Shown here: piece by piece, positions 1 through 8,786 of the stretch
Layout: every line of letters begins with the position of its first letter
Position numbering within the stretch: the first letter of the stretch is position 1
Origin: Nannocystales bacterium
GTDB taxonomy: Bacteria; Myxococcota_A; Polyangia; Nannocystales; Nannocystaceae
Reading direction: 5' to 3'
Assembly (NCBI GenBank): GCA_050633305.1
Contig: JBOEGF010000014.1
Location: 271,042 to 331,433 of the forward strand
Length of the DNA stretch: 60,392 nt
Program-made: the position numbers and the translations under genes
The notes under the pieces: generated by a model
Told to the model about the DNA's origin: nothing
Seen by the model: only the letters and a program-made list of their open reading frames with translations
Databases searched by the model: none

Positions 1-766
1 TCTTGGCGGGGGCAGCCTTCTCGGCGGGCGCAGCCTTCTTAGCGGGTGCCGCTTCGGCGCTGGGCTCTGGTGTGATGGCTGGGGCGCTCACGAAGTCTTC
101 GTCCGTGGAAGAAGGCGTCTCGGGATCGGGAGCCCTCGCTTTTTTCTTTCGAGGAGCGCGCTTTTTCTGCTTGGGGGCTTCGGCTGGCGCGGCTGCGTTC
201 GGAGCGGCGGTGTTCTCTTCGTCGGTCGGAGCTTCCGCCGCAGGTTTGGTTTTCGCCCGACGGCTCTTCTTCTTCTTCTTCTTCGGCGGCGGCTCGGCGG
301 CGGCGACCTGTTCGGCTTCGGTCTCGGTCTCGGTCTCAGTCTCAGTTTCGTTGGACTGGGGCTCGTCGTCAGCGTCAGCGCCAGCGTCGTCATCGGCCTC
401 CGTCGAGTCCGATGCCGCCTCCCAGATCCCGAAGATTGCGCCCGCAGGGTCACCGATCACGGCGACGGGGCTGTGGCCCTCGACGTCCGAGGTGTCGACC
501 AGGATTCGAGCGCCTGCATCCCGAGCACGGGCGACCGTCTCCGCCACGTTGTCCACGGCGACGTACGGCATCCAGTGGGCGGGGAGCTCTTCGTCGGCCT
601 TGAGCTGGATCCCCCCGCCTGGAGCTGCGGGCGTGTTGATCTGGGTATAGGTTTCCCCACCGATCGGCACGTCGTCGAACGACCATCCGAGCACTTGCTC
701 GTAGAACGCGCGAGCGTGCTGGATGTCGTCAGTGTTGAGCTCGAGGTGGACGAACGCGCGATGCAT
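1..766 (-). CDS. VOC/glyoxalase-bleomycin resistance family protein with a long acidic and Lys/Ala/Pro-rich C-terminal tail (runs off the window edge)
   Basis: Not in the ORF track because it has no stop in the window. ATG at 766 reads MHRAFVHLELNTDDIQHARAFYEQVLGWSF...HWMPYVAVDNVAETVARARDAGARIL...DPAGAIFGIWE, a typical VOC pattern, followed by a low-complexity tail. Confidence 0.85.
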   Translation of the reverse strand, partial: MHRAFVHLELNTDDIQHARAFYEQVLGWSFDDVPIGGETYTQINTPAAPGGGIQLKADEELPAHWMPYVAVDNVAETVARARDAGARILVDTSDVEGHSPVAVIGDPAGAIFGIWEAASDSTEADDDAGADADDEPQSNETETETETETEAEQVAAAEPPPKKKKKKSRRAKTKPAAEAPTDEENTAAPNAAAPAEAPKQKKRAPRKKKARAPDPETPSSTDEDFVSAPAITPEPSAEAAPAKKAAPAEKAAPAK

Positions 767-915
767 GCAGACCCAGTCAGACTGGGTCTTACTACGCGCG
801 CCGAGGCGACTTCAACGCTTAGCAGCCAGTGGCGAAGCCCGGAACGAGGCTCCACTCGCGTTTTTGGCTCTCAGAGCCGGGCTGTGAGCCCCTGATGGAG
901 ACGAAATCGAGGCGG

Positions 916-1506
916 CTACTCGATGAGGAAGGTCTTTTGGAGGGTCTTGTTGTGCCGGATGACGGTGACGGTGACGCGGTCGGCATCCTGCAGGTCCGAG
1001 ATTGCTTCGCGGGCGGCTCTGCGGGACTCGAGCCGCTGGTCATCGACGGCGGTGATCAGGTCGCCTTCCCGGAAGCCGAGCCGACGGAACAAGCCACCCT
1101 TGACGGTGTTTTCCACCCGGAAGCCGTTGAGACCGCTGCACTCTCGCTGAGGGACCAGGTCGCCAGCGCTGCGAAGCTGGCGTGGGTTGGCGACGACCGT
1201 CTCAACGACCGAGCGAGGGACCCAATGAGTCTCGGTCGCGCGGAAAACCTTGGCCCCAAGACGCTTGAGGTCGGCATTCCCGCGGCGCTTTCGGGCCGAG
1301 CGACGGTTGGGTTTGACCTTCTTGCCGTCTTGGTAGACGTCGATCTGGGTACCCGGGGCAGCCTTGGCAACGACCTTCACTTGAGTCTGGTGGCCACCAC
1401 CGTTGCAGAGCAAGCCTCCGTGAGCCGCGTACGCAAACCCAGCGGCGATGGCCAGCGGTGCGATGGTGTACAGCAGCTCCTTGGAGACGAAACGACGCGA
1501 GGACAT
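916..1506 (-). CDS. Membrane-anchored PDZ-domain protein resembling the C-terminal part of type II secretion GspC
   Basis: N-terminal hydrophobic helix. C-terminal GFRVENTVKGGLFRRLGFREGDLITAVD...VTVTVIRHNK matches the GspC-type PDZ pattern. Confidence 0.65.
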   Translation of the reverse strand: MSSRRFVSKELLYTIAPLAIAAGFAYAAHGGLLCNGGGHQTQVKVVAKAAPGTQIDVYQDGKKVKPNRRSARKRRGNADLKRLGAKVFRATETHWVPRSVVETVVANPRQLRSAGDLVPQRECSGLNGFRVENTVKGGLFRRLGFREGDLITAVDDQRLESRRAAREAISDLQDADRVTVTVIRHNKTLQKTFLIE

Positions 1507-1556
1507 GCACTCATGATATGGCATGATCGTTTCCGCTTCATGCGTCTCGGCCCACG

Positions 1557-1955
1557 ATGAGCCGCAAAAAGAACAAGATCACCGGCGACAACGCCGCGCT
1601 TGCGACCAACCCGTTTGCGGCCGCCCTCGGCGGGCTCGCCGGCGCCGAGGTTGCGCCGGGTCCCGAGCCCCAAGCCCCGCCAAGCAAGCAGGGCGGGGAG
1701 CAGAAAACCGGACTCGACCTAGGACGCCGTGCAGTGGTCCGACGCCAGAGCAAAGGGCAGGGCGGGAAGACGGTCACATGCGTCGAAGGAATTCCCCCGG
1801 CGACCGCCGAGGTATTTCTTCCACAGCTGAAGAAGGAGCTTGGCTGCGGCGGGCGTATCCAAGATGAGATGCTGGTCCTTGGGACGCGGAACCACGCCCG
1901 CGTGGCGGACTGGCTACAGTCCGCGGGTGTACCGCGGGTCACACTCGGGAACTGA
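1557..1955 (+). CDS. yciH: SUI1/YciH family translation initiation factor
   Basis: RRQSKGQGGKTVTCVEG...LKKELGCGG...LVLG SUI1 signature, with an N-terminal NPFAAAL extension. Confidence 0.85.
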   Translation: MSRKKNKITGDNAALATNPFAAALGGLAGAEVAPGPEPQAPPSKQGGEQKTGLDLGRRAVVRRQSKGQGGKTVTCVEGIPPATAEVFLPQLKKELGCGGRIQDEMLVLGTRNHARVADWLQSAGVPRVTLGN

Positions 1956-2040
1956 TCGGGGAGCGCGCGCTCCTGACAGTGGACGCATGTAGGCGTTACC
2001 GCTACCGTAGAGGCCGTGGGGCTTCGTCCCGCTATTCCCC

Positions 2041-3294
2041 GTGGAAGAGGCCGATCCAAAGACCGACATCTACGGCACGCCCGTGCTGAAGCCACGCGAG
2101 CCGACGGCTGAGCTTCCGATCGCCGAGGTGGATGTGCTCGGTCTGCTCGGCACGCAGATCCACGGGGGCTTCGTCGTCGAGGAGCTCATCTCGAGCGATG
2201 GCTTGAGCATGGTGTATCGCGCCGTGGCGCCCGACGGCTCGGGCGAGGCAGCCCTGAAGTGTTTCTACGGACTGCGGACCCTGTCCCCCGAGAGCCTGTC
2301 GACGTTCCGGGATCGGTTCCGCCGAATCACATCACTGCTGGGGGCGCTCTCCGCCGACCAACCGAGCATGACGCGGGTGCTGGGCCAGGGCTGGATGGGC
2401 GTCGGCGATCGCGAGATCCCGTGCATGTTGCTCGAGTGGGTCGATGGGGTCTCGCTGCAGACCGTTCTCGACGCCGAGCGGCGAGACGGCAGTAAACAGC
2501 GTTCCATCACCGAGGTGTTTGCGTTGATGCACCCCACGCTTCGTGCGCTGGCGGCGGCCCACGCCTATGGGCTCACGCACCGCAACCTCAACCCGGGCAA
2601 CCTCTTTGTCGACGACGCCAACCTGGCTCTGGGTTCAACCGTTCGCATCATGGACTACGCCCTCGCGAGGCTCGAGGGCGAGCCGTTCGACGACGCGATC
2701 ACCTTCCTCACCCCCGAGTACGCCTCGCCGGAGCAATTCATGGGGTACGAGCATCTCGTAGGCCCCTGGACCGACGTGTTCGCCATGGCCCTGGTGCTCA
2801 TGGAAATGATGCTCGGTGGGCGGCAGGTCATGCCCGGAGACGACTTCGAGTCGCTGCGGGATGCATGCCTCGACGAGGAGCGACGACCCACGCCACGCTC
2901 GTTCGGACTCGACGTGTCGGACGCGGTCGAGATGGTGTTCCTCCGCGCATTCGAGATCAATGTGCACCGCCGATACAACTCGGGGGCTCATTTCATGGGG
3001 GCGTTGTCGAGGGCACTCGAGAGTGGGGACGCCCAGCATGTGTCCGCGGCGGGCGAGATCCAGCACGACGCGTCGCACTACCTCACCCGCAATGGCAAGC
3101 CGCCCGCTGTCCGGGAGAAGACCGGCGACGAACCGTCATCGCTGGGTGGGGACACGCTCGTCACGGCTCCCGTCGGCGGCGAGTCCAAGGCTCCTTTGCC
3201 CGCGATCATCACGGGTGAAACCGTCATCGCACCGCGGCCGGTTCGTACGGGACAGACCGTGCTCGCACCGGTGCCGACGCTCGAAGATTCGTGA
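2041..3294 (+). CDS. Hanks-type Ser/Thr kinase-fold protein, probable pseudokinase
   Basis: Contains AALK, LEWVDG, HRNLNPGN (HRD changed to HRN), DYA (for DFG), YASPEQ and TDVFAMA. Confidence 0.85.
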   Translation: MEEADPKTDIYGTPVLKPREPTAELPIAEVDVLGLLGTQIHGGFVVEELISSDGLSMVYRAVAPDGSGEAALKCFYGLRTLSPESLSTFRDRFRRITSLLGALSADQPSMTRVLGQGWMGVGDREIPCMLLEWVDGVSLQTVLDAERRDGSKQRSITEVFALMHPTLRALAAAHAYGLTHRNLNPGNLFVDDANLALGSTVRIMDYALARLEGEPFDDAITFLTPEYASPEQFMGYEHLVGPWTDVFAMALVLMEMMLGGRQVMPGDDFESLRDACLDEERRPTPRSFGLDVSDAVEMVFLRAFEINVHRRYNSGAHFMGALSRALESGDAQHVSAAGEIQHDASHYLTRNGKPPAVREKTGDEPSSLGGDTLVTAPVGGESKAPLPAIITGETVIAPRPVRTGQTVLAPVPTLEDS

Positions 3295-4688
3295 CGGAAG
3301 TGACCTCGGTGCTCCCGGTTCGGCTCGATGTCGACATCGCGACGCTCCCAACGATCTTTCCCACGCCGTTTCGCCAAGGCCGACCCCATCCGGTTGCCGC
3401 GCGTGCTGCCGAGGAACTCCAGACGTACCTGGCGGCAAACCTGCCGTCGGAGGTTGTCCGAGGTCCGATGGGTGGAAAGATGTTCGGCGTCCTGGTCGTG
3501 GTCGACGCTCAGGGCAGGCCGGGTGCGTTGTGGGGGTTTGCGGGCATGGTTCAAGGCTCTCGACGTCTGCCTGGCTTCGTGCCCGCCGCGTGCGATCAAG
3601 ACGCGTTCGACCGGCTGTGGGCGACACAAGGCGCACGCGTGGAGTCCTTCAATGAAGCGATTACGGCGGCACACGGTCCGGTACGTGCGGCTCTCGAAGC
3701 CCAGCAGCAAGCGGTCTCCCGCGCGCTGCTTCCGAAGTTGCAGGAGACCTATCAGCTCAGCAATGCGCGCGGCGAGACGAAAGGGTTGGGACCACTTTTT
3801 GCGCCGAGACCGATCCCCGGCGGAGCGGGCGACTGCGCCGCGCCGAAGCTTCTCCAACACGCCTACCGGATCGGCGCGCGTCCGATTGCGCTGGCCGAGT
3901 TTTGGTGGGGTGAAGCCACGCCCGCAGGGGGGCGCCACCATGGGGTCTTCTATCCGGCGTGCCGAGGCCGCTGTGCCAAGATCCTCCCCTTCATGCTCGA
4001 GGGCCTCGAGTGCGAAGCACCACCCGAGTACGGAAACCACGGCGTGCTCGACGACGCGCCAAGCACAGTCTTCGAAGATGGCGATCTGTGGATCGTCGAC
4101 AAGCCGAGCGGGCTGCTCTCCATCCCCGGTCGTGGCAACGCGCTGCGCGACTGTGTTCAACTCCGCCTTCAGCAACGCGCCGGCCTGGAGGATCCCAGCT
4201 GGCCCCGACTCGTGCACCGACTGGACCAGGCCACCTCGGGGCTGTTGATCGCGGCGAAGAACAAGGCCGCCTACGTGGGCATCCAACAGCAGTTCTCTCG
4301 AAGAACGGTCAAGAAGCGCTACGAGGCCCTCGTACACGGCCAACTGACGGGTGAGGGGCTGATCGACCTCTCCCTTGGACCCGATCTCAACGATCGGCCT
4401 CGCCAGGTCCACGACCCACTCCACGGAAAGCCCGCGGTGAGTCGGTGGGCATCACGGGGCAACGAGGGCGCGCACGCACGTGTCGCGTTGTGGCCCCAGA
4501 CGGGTCGCACCCACCAGCTGCGAGTTCACGCTTCCCATCCGCTCGGGCTGCGGGCACCGATGCTTGGCGACCCACTCTACGGGTTCCCCGATGACGCGCC
4601 CCGTCTGATGCTCCACGCAGCGGAGCTCCAGTTCGCGCACCCACGAGGCGGGCACGACTTGGAGTTCTCCGCCGTGGTTCCGTTCTGA
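3291..4688 (+). CDS. RluA family RNA pseudouridine synthase (long form with N-terminal GAGDCAAPKLL domain)
   Basis: Motifs VDKPSGLLS, VHRLDQATSG, TGRTHQLRVH and GDPLYG. The start overlaps the kinase stop (GTGA). Confidence 0.93.
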   Translation: MTEVTSVLPVRLDVDIATLPTIFPTPFRQGRPHPVAARAAEELQTYLAANLPSEVVRGPMGGKMFGVLVVVDAQGRPGALWGFAGMVQGSRRLPGFVPAACDQDAFDRLWATQGARVESFNEAITAAHGPVRAALEAQQQAVSRALLPKLQETYQLSNARGETKGLGPLFAPRPIPGGAGDCAAPKLLQHAYRIGARPIALAEFWWGEATPAGGRHHGVFYPACRGRCAKILPFMLEGLECEAPPEYGNHGVLDDAPSTVFEDGDLWIVDKPSGLLSIPGRGNALRDCVQLRLQQRAGLEDPSWPRLVHRLDQATSGLLIAAKNKAAYVGIQQQFSRRTVKKRYEALVHGQLTGEGLIDLSLGPDLNDRPRQVHDPLHGKPAVSRWASRGNEGAHARVALWPQTGRTHQLRVHASHPLGLRAPMLGDPLYGFPDDAPRLMLHAAELQFAHPRGGHDLEFSAVVPF

Positions 4689-4705
4689 GGGGCGGCCCCT
4701 CGAGG

Positions 4706-6310
4706 CTACGATCGGCGTCGACGGGTCAGCGCGCCAAACATGGCGAGCGCAAGCAGGCCGAGCGGGGTCGAGCCTCCACTGCTTCGACAGCCGCAGCCGT
4801 CTTCCCCGCCCGCGTCGTCGTCCGCGCCTGGACCGGACGACGATGCGTCGCCGCTGGCATTCGTGCCGCCGCTGTCGGATGTGCTGCTGTCGCTTGAGCC
4901 TCCGCCCTCGGCGTTGGAGTCATTGCCGCCGGAGCTTCCGTCATCTCCGCCGCCGCCGGTGTCGTTGCCACCACCGGTGCTGCCGTCGGTTCCGCCATCG
5001 GTCTCGCCTTCGTCGATGTCAGGGAACTGCTTGAATCCCGCCTGCAGTATCCAGCCGGGGTTTCCGTCCGCATCGAACGCATAGGCACCGACGTCGGGCG
5101 GGTCGTTGACCGGCAAGCCGTTGAAGTCGAACTCCGCCGCGTAGTCGGCCGTACCGGTTCCTTGCAACGCGCCCGCGGAAGGGAACACGTCATTGGGGAC
5201 GCCGCCGTGAAAACCTGCGTCTACGAAGTCCGCGACGAGGTCTCCGTCGGCGTACCCGGCGTTGGCACCCTCGAGTCCTCCCAGGCCGATGTTGCCCACA
5301 ATGACGATCTGTCCGACTTCTCCGGCCACCCTGATTGCAGGCCCGGCTTCCGAGTAGACCGCGTTGTTGGCGATCGTCACGGGTCCGACTGCGCCCGAGA
5401 CGTTGATCGCTCGGCTTCCGGGGACGACGATCGTGTTGTGAGCGATGAGGATGTTGTCTGGCGCCCCGGATTGATGGGGTTGCAGAGAGATCCCGCTGGC
5501 GTTGGCGCTGAGGATGATGTTGTTGCGAATGACCGAGTCTGCGGCCGATTGGATCGCATGGTCCCCGCAGTTCCACATCGCGTTGCCCTCGATGATGTTC
5601 GCCTCGCCGTTGCCGACCGCGCTGTAGGTCAGGATGCAGGGGTAGTTGGTGTCGTGGATGACGTTGTCCCGGATGATGTTTCCGTGGCTGCCTTCCTTGA
5701 GCTCGATGCCATCGCCCTGGGTGATTGTGGGTCCGTTGGTGTGGTGCACCCAGTTGCGCTCGATCACGGAGTTCGTCACGCGACATGCGTCGTTGTTGCA
5801 GCCCAAGTACATGCCCTCTCCGGTGTGGTCCGTATCGTGGATCTCGTTGTCCACGATGTGCAGGGCCTGATAGGTGACGCCGCTGTCGTTGGCGCGGACC
5901 GCAACGTCGTTGGTGCTGTGGATGTCACACTGCGAGATCGTCAGGTGGTCGGCCGACGAGATTCGCAGTCCTGCCGAGCCGCCGGACCACTCGATGCCCT
6001 CGAAGGTCACCCACTGGGCGTTGATGTCGACGATGTTCTGATTCGCGTTGGGCCGATGCACGTGCGGGACTTCGCCGTCCCGGGCGCGAATCGTAATCGG
6101 TTGGGCCTCGGTACCGACGAGGTCGACCCCGAAGTGTTGCTCGACGACGTACATGCCGCCTCCGAGGACAAGTTCGTCGCCTGGCTGAAGTGTTGCGATG
6201 GCGGCCTCGATGTCGTCCCCGGCCGCGATCTCGTAGGTCTCCGCTTGGCTGAGCGAGGGCACCGCAAGCCACACTCCGATTCCGATCCCGACGACGCCGA
6301 CACGTTTCAT
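4706..6310 (-). CDS. Secreted right-handed beta-helix repeat protein with MYXO-CTERM anchor
   Basis: Signal peptide, repeated IxxNxIHDT/IRNNII beta-helix motifs, a Gly/Ser/Asp linker, and C-terminal GCGCRS...hydrophobic...RRRRS. Confidence 0.88.
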   Translation of the reverse strand: MKRVGVVGIGIGVWLAVPSLSQAETYEIAAGDDIEAAIATLQPGDELVLGGGMYVVEQHFGVDLVGTEAQPITIRARDGEVPHVHRPNANQNIVDINAQWVTFEGIEWSGGSAGLRISSADHLTISQCDIHSTNDVAVRANDSGVTYQALHIVDNEIHDTDHTGEGMYLGCNNDACRVTNSVIERNWVHHTNGPTITQGDGIELKEGSHGNIIRDNVIHDTNYPCILTYSAVGNGEANIIEGNAMWNCGDHAIQSAADSVIRNNIILSANASGISLQPHQSGAPDNILIAHNTIVVPGSRAINVSGAVGPVTIANNAVYSEAGPAIRVAGEVGQIVIVGNIGLGGLEGANAGYADGDLVADFVDAGFHGGVPNDVFPSAGALQGTGTADYAAEFDFNGLPVNDPPDVGAYAFDADGNPGWILQAGFKQFPDIDEGETDGGTDGSTGGGNDTGGGGDDGSSGGNDSNAEGGGSSDSSTSDSGGTNASGDASSSGPGADDDAGGEDGCGCRSSGGSTPLGLLALAMFGALTRRRRS

Positions 6311-6442
6311 GCCGCCAATCGTCGTTCAGCGGGGCCTGCGGGGCTATCGGCAGAACTACCGATTTCCCTCCGAGCATGACGCGCACAGCGCGAAAACCCC
6401 GAACAGCGCCGCGGGTGCGACGGCTGCTCGGGGTCTGTTGGC

Positions 6443-7528
6443 TCAGCCTTCCACTTTCAGTTGCAGTTGTCGCTGGACATCGGCGGGCGACACGACGACC
6501 GAGAGGTTTGGGATTCGCTCGGCCATCTCCTTGAAGAGCTCGAGCTCCTTGAGTCGAAGGAGCACCGGGTTGTTCTCGAGCAGGCGCGCGGTGTTGGCAA
6601 GCGAGCGCGTTGCAGCGGTCTCTTCCCGACGCAGAATGTTCTGCGCGGCTGCCCGCTTCTCGGCCTCGATGACCTGGTTGAGAAGCGCTTTCATGTCTCC
6701 GGGGAGAACAACATCCTTGATGTCCAGCCGAGCAAGACGCACGCCCCACGCTTCCACACGGTGGGTCACGTCCGCGGTCATTCGTGCCGCGATTTCGCCT
6801 CGCTGCTCGAGGAGTTCATCCACGCTCGAACCTGCGACCGCCGTACGAGCGGCAAGTTGCACCTCGGCATAGAGCGCGTCGTGGAGTACGGCGGTGCTCT
6901 TCACCGCCAGGACTGGATCGGTGATCCGGTACTTGCACACCAGGCTCAGCCGCAGGGTGGCCTTGTCGGCGGTGATCAGCTCTTGACCGCTCACGTGCAG
7001 TTCTTGCTCTCGCGTATCGAGCACGATGGTTTCGACAGTGCGGTCAAACGTGCTGAGCATGTACGAGCCCTCTGCGAGCGCTTCGACCAGTTCACCGTCT
7101 GCGAATACAACTGCGCGCTGCCACGGCGCCACAACGAGCGTGCGAACGATGCCGCTGAGGTGCCCCCAGAACCGGGAAGGCACCTCGACGTGTAGGGGGC
7201 GGAGGTCGACGATGTCGGCGTCGATGCGTCCGGCGAACTGCCACAGGACCCACTCTCCGGGTCCGACGATGCGCAGTGGTGCGCCCCGGTGCGAGATGAG
7301 AGCGAGCTCGTGTGCGGCGACCTCCAGCATCCGTGCGTCCTCGGAAGGGAGGACGCGCTCCATCCCCGGCTGGAGTTCCGTGACTTTCTGGCTCGCCGGG
7401 ATGGTCTGGACGTCCACCTCCGCGAACCACCGTCGCACGCGATGCCGACCCGGTCCGAGGAACCGAGTGAGCACGCCGTTCTCGTAGACCAGCGCGCGCT
7501 GGTGTTCTTGAATGACTGCATTTTTCAT
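6443..7528 (-). CDS. SPFH/band-7 (slipin) family protein
   Basis: GGAGG RBS before ATG 7528. Contains GQELITADKATLRL, IKDVVLPGDMK and RREETAATRSLANTARLLENNPVLLRLKELE. Confidence 0.9.
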   Translation of the reverse strand: MKNAVIQEHQRALVYENGVLTRFLGPGRHRVRRWFAEVDVQTIPASQKVTELQPGMERVLPSEDARMLEVAAHELALISHRGAPLRIVGPGEWVLWQFAGRIDADIVDLRPLHVEVPSRFWGHLSGIVRTLVVAPWQRAVVFADGELVEALAEGSYMLSTFDRTVETIVLDTREQELHVSGQELITADKATLRLSLVCKYRITDPVLAVKSTAVLHDALYAEVQLAARTAVAGSSVDELLEQRGEIAARMTADVTHRVEAWGVRLARLDIKDVVLPGDMKALLNQVIEAEKRAAAQNILRREETAATRSLANTARLLENNPVLLRLKELELFKEMAERIPNLSVVVSPADVQRQLQLKVEG

Positions 7529-7794
7529 CGTTGTTCCTCCTGCTTCGAATGCGGCCCATCGCCGACGTCTGCTGCAGAGCCTTGGCCGAGAACACGAGAA
7601 GAACGGGAGCGAAAACCAAGGCGAGGCCTTGCGGGGCCCGTCCCTCGGCAACCGGCGTGCATGCAGGCCGACGCAGAGTGAAGCGCAACAGCGGGCCGTC
7701 CTTGGCCACAGCCTGTGCACCGACGCACCACAGAGCGCAGCGACACCACCAGAGCGGCTCACCTCTGGGGTGGACCGGTCGTCGGGTTCGCGCT

Positions 7795-7987
7795 CCCGTT
7801 CAGTCGATTGTTCTCGTACTACAGATCTTCATTCTGTCGCGTTTACCAATTCCGCCACTCCCCCATAGGAGTGGGGGAGCCAGGATTCGAACCTGGATGA
7901 GCCTCTGCTCTTCACAGAGGGTTGGGCTTCAAGCCCGATCTCGGCCACTCGCGATCTGGGGAACCCTCGGTGCCGATTCGACCCGGG
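7795..7987 (-). ncRNA. YrlA-like Y RNA (circularly permuted tRNA mimic)
   Basis: On the minus strand, in order: T-arm CCAGG-TTCGAAT-CCTGG (7896-7880), closed 8-bp acceptor-like hairpin CTCCCCCA/TGGGGGAG (7879-7858), D-arm TGGCGGAATTGGTAAACGC (7857-7839). The ends can pair: CCCG-GGTCGA (7987-7978) with TCGACT-gaa-CGGG (7807-7795). Confidence 0.7.
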
Positions 7988-8189
7988 CTGCTCTTCCGGA
8001 GTTGGAGTCTGGAACAGAGCACGGAGGCGTTGGAGGGCCGCCTGGGATGCGACCAAGGCTCTACAGAAGACGCCGCGTCCGGCGTGCGTGTCTCCGGGGG
8101 GAGACGCGGCACGTCAGACGCTAGGCGATGGAGATGGGGTTGAGCACAGGGATGTGACTCCTTCTTCGAATCCGCTTCGAAGCTGGAGC

Positions 8190-8217
8190 GGTTTAGCGCC
8201 GCAACCAAGTTCGTCAA
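8190..8217 (-). promoter_or_regulatory. Possible sigma70-type promoter for the ncRNA/slipin transcript
   Basis: TTGACG-16 nt-TAAACC on the minus strand. The -10 match is weak. Confidence 0.3.
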
Positions 8218-8395
8218 GACAATTTGTTCGGGGCCGTGTCAGCTAGAGCGCTTGATCTGCGACGCACTACGCTCCGGCTTTCGCCGTCGGCGTCGTTCCG
8301 ACGCATCACGCACTGCATCGAACTCTCGGTCCTCGCGCATCTCAGTGCGATTTCACTTCCTTGTTTCCATCGCCGCGCGGCGTCACGTTGTTCAT

Positions 8396-8773
8396 GTGGA
8401 TACGTTTCCCATCGAAGACCGTGCCGGGCTCCCGGCCCAAGCACTGACTTCGTTGCGGAGGGCGGTCGCAGTTCAGAACACCCTTCAGTCGGCTGTTCGG
8501 TGGGCGCTCGCGGAGGGGTATCGGCTCCTCGATGTGATCGACCAGGACGAGTTCACCCGGGATGTGGTGTTCGAAATGGGCGCGCAGCAGTACCTCGTGT
8601 ACGACGCGACGTGACTGGGTTCGGTCACGGCGGTCGCCGTGTGGGACTCCGTACCGACGGCCGATGTGCTTCTCGAAGCGCGTCTGGAGCGGGGCTGGCG
8701 GCCCACGCCCACCCCGACCGTTCAAGGGCCGCGCGTCCTGGGCCACGCCGCCAAGTACGACGCGAGCGTCTGA
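8396..8773 (+). CDS. Putative selenoprotein of unknown function (about 125 aa, in-frame TGA at 8612-8614)
   Basis: GTG 8396 reads ...DVIDQDEFTRDVVFEMGAQQYLVYDAT-[TGA]-LGSVTAVAVWDSVPTADVLLEARLERGWRPTPTPTVQGPRVLGHAAKYDASV-stop 8773. This ends 13 nt before the stop of the convergent gene. A SECIS-like hairpin follows the TGA. Confidence 0.7.
8615..8650 (+). promoter_or_regulatory. Bacterial SECIS-like stem-loop
   Basis: Stem CACGGC (8626-8631)/GCCGTG (8636-8641) with apical loop GGTC starting 17 nt after the TGA. A lower stem GGGTTC/GGACTC is possible. Confidence 0.65.
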
Positions 8774-8786
8774 CTCAGGGCACTCG

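Noticed and set aside
3..650. 215-aa plus-strand ORF
   Set aside because: Antisense shadow of the low-complexity tail of the minus-strand VOC gene.
6443..7762. Long N-terminal extensions given by the ORF track (also 8787-9878, 21087-22748, 24730-26433, 53247-55823, 56496-57425)
   Set aside because: Downstream starts with an RBS or signal peptide fit better. The extensions overlap neighbouring genes or structured non-coding regions.
7839..7896. Canonical tRNA-Leu gene
   Set aside because: The T-arm precedes the D-arm, the acceptor is closed by a loop, and there is no anticodon arm. It is not a linear tRNA, so it is reported as a Y-like RNA.
8190..8220. Sigma54 (RtcR-type) promoter for the Y-like RNA
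   Set aside because: TTGC is present but the required GG at -24 is not.
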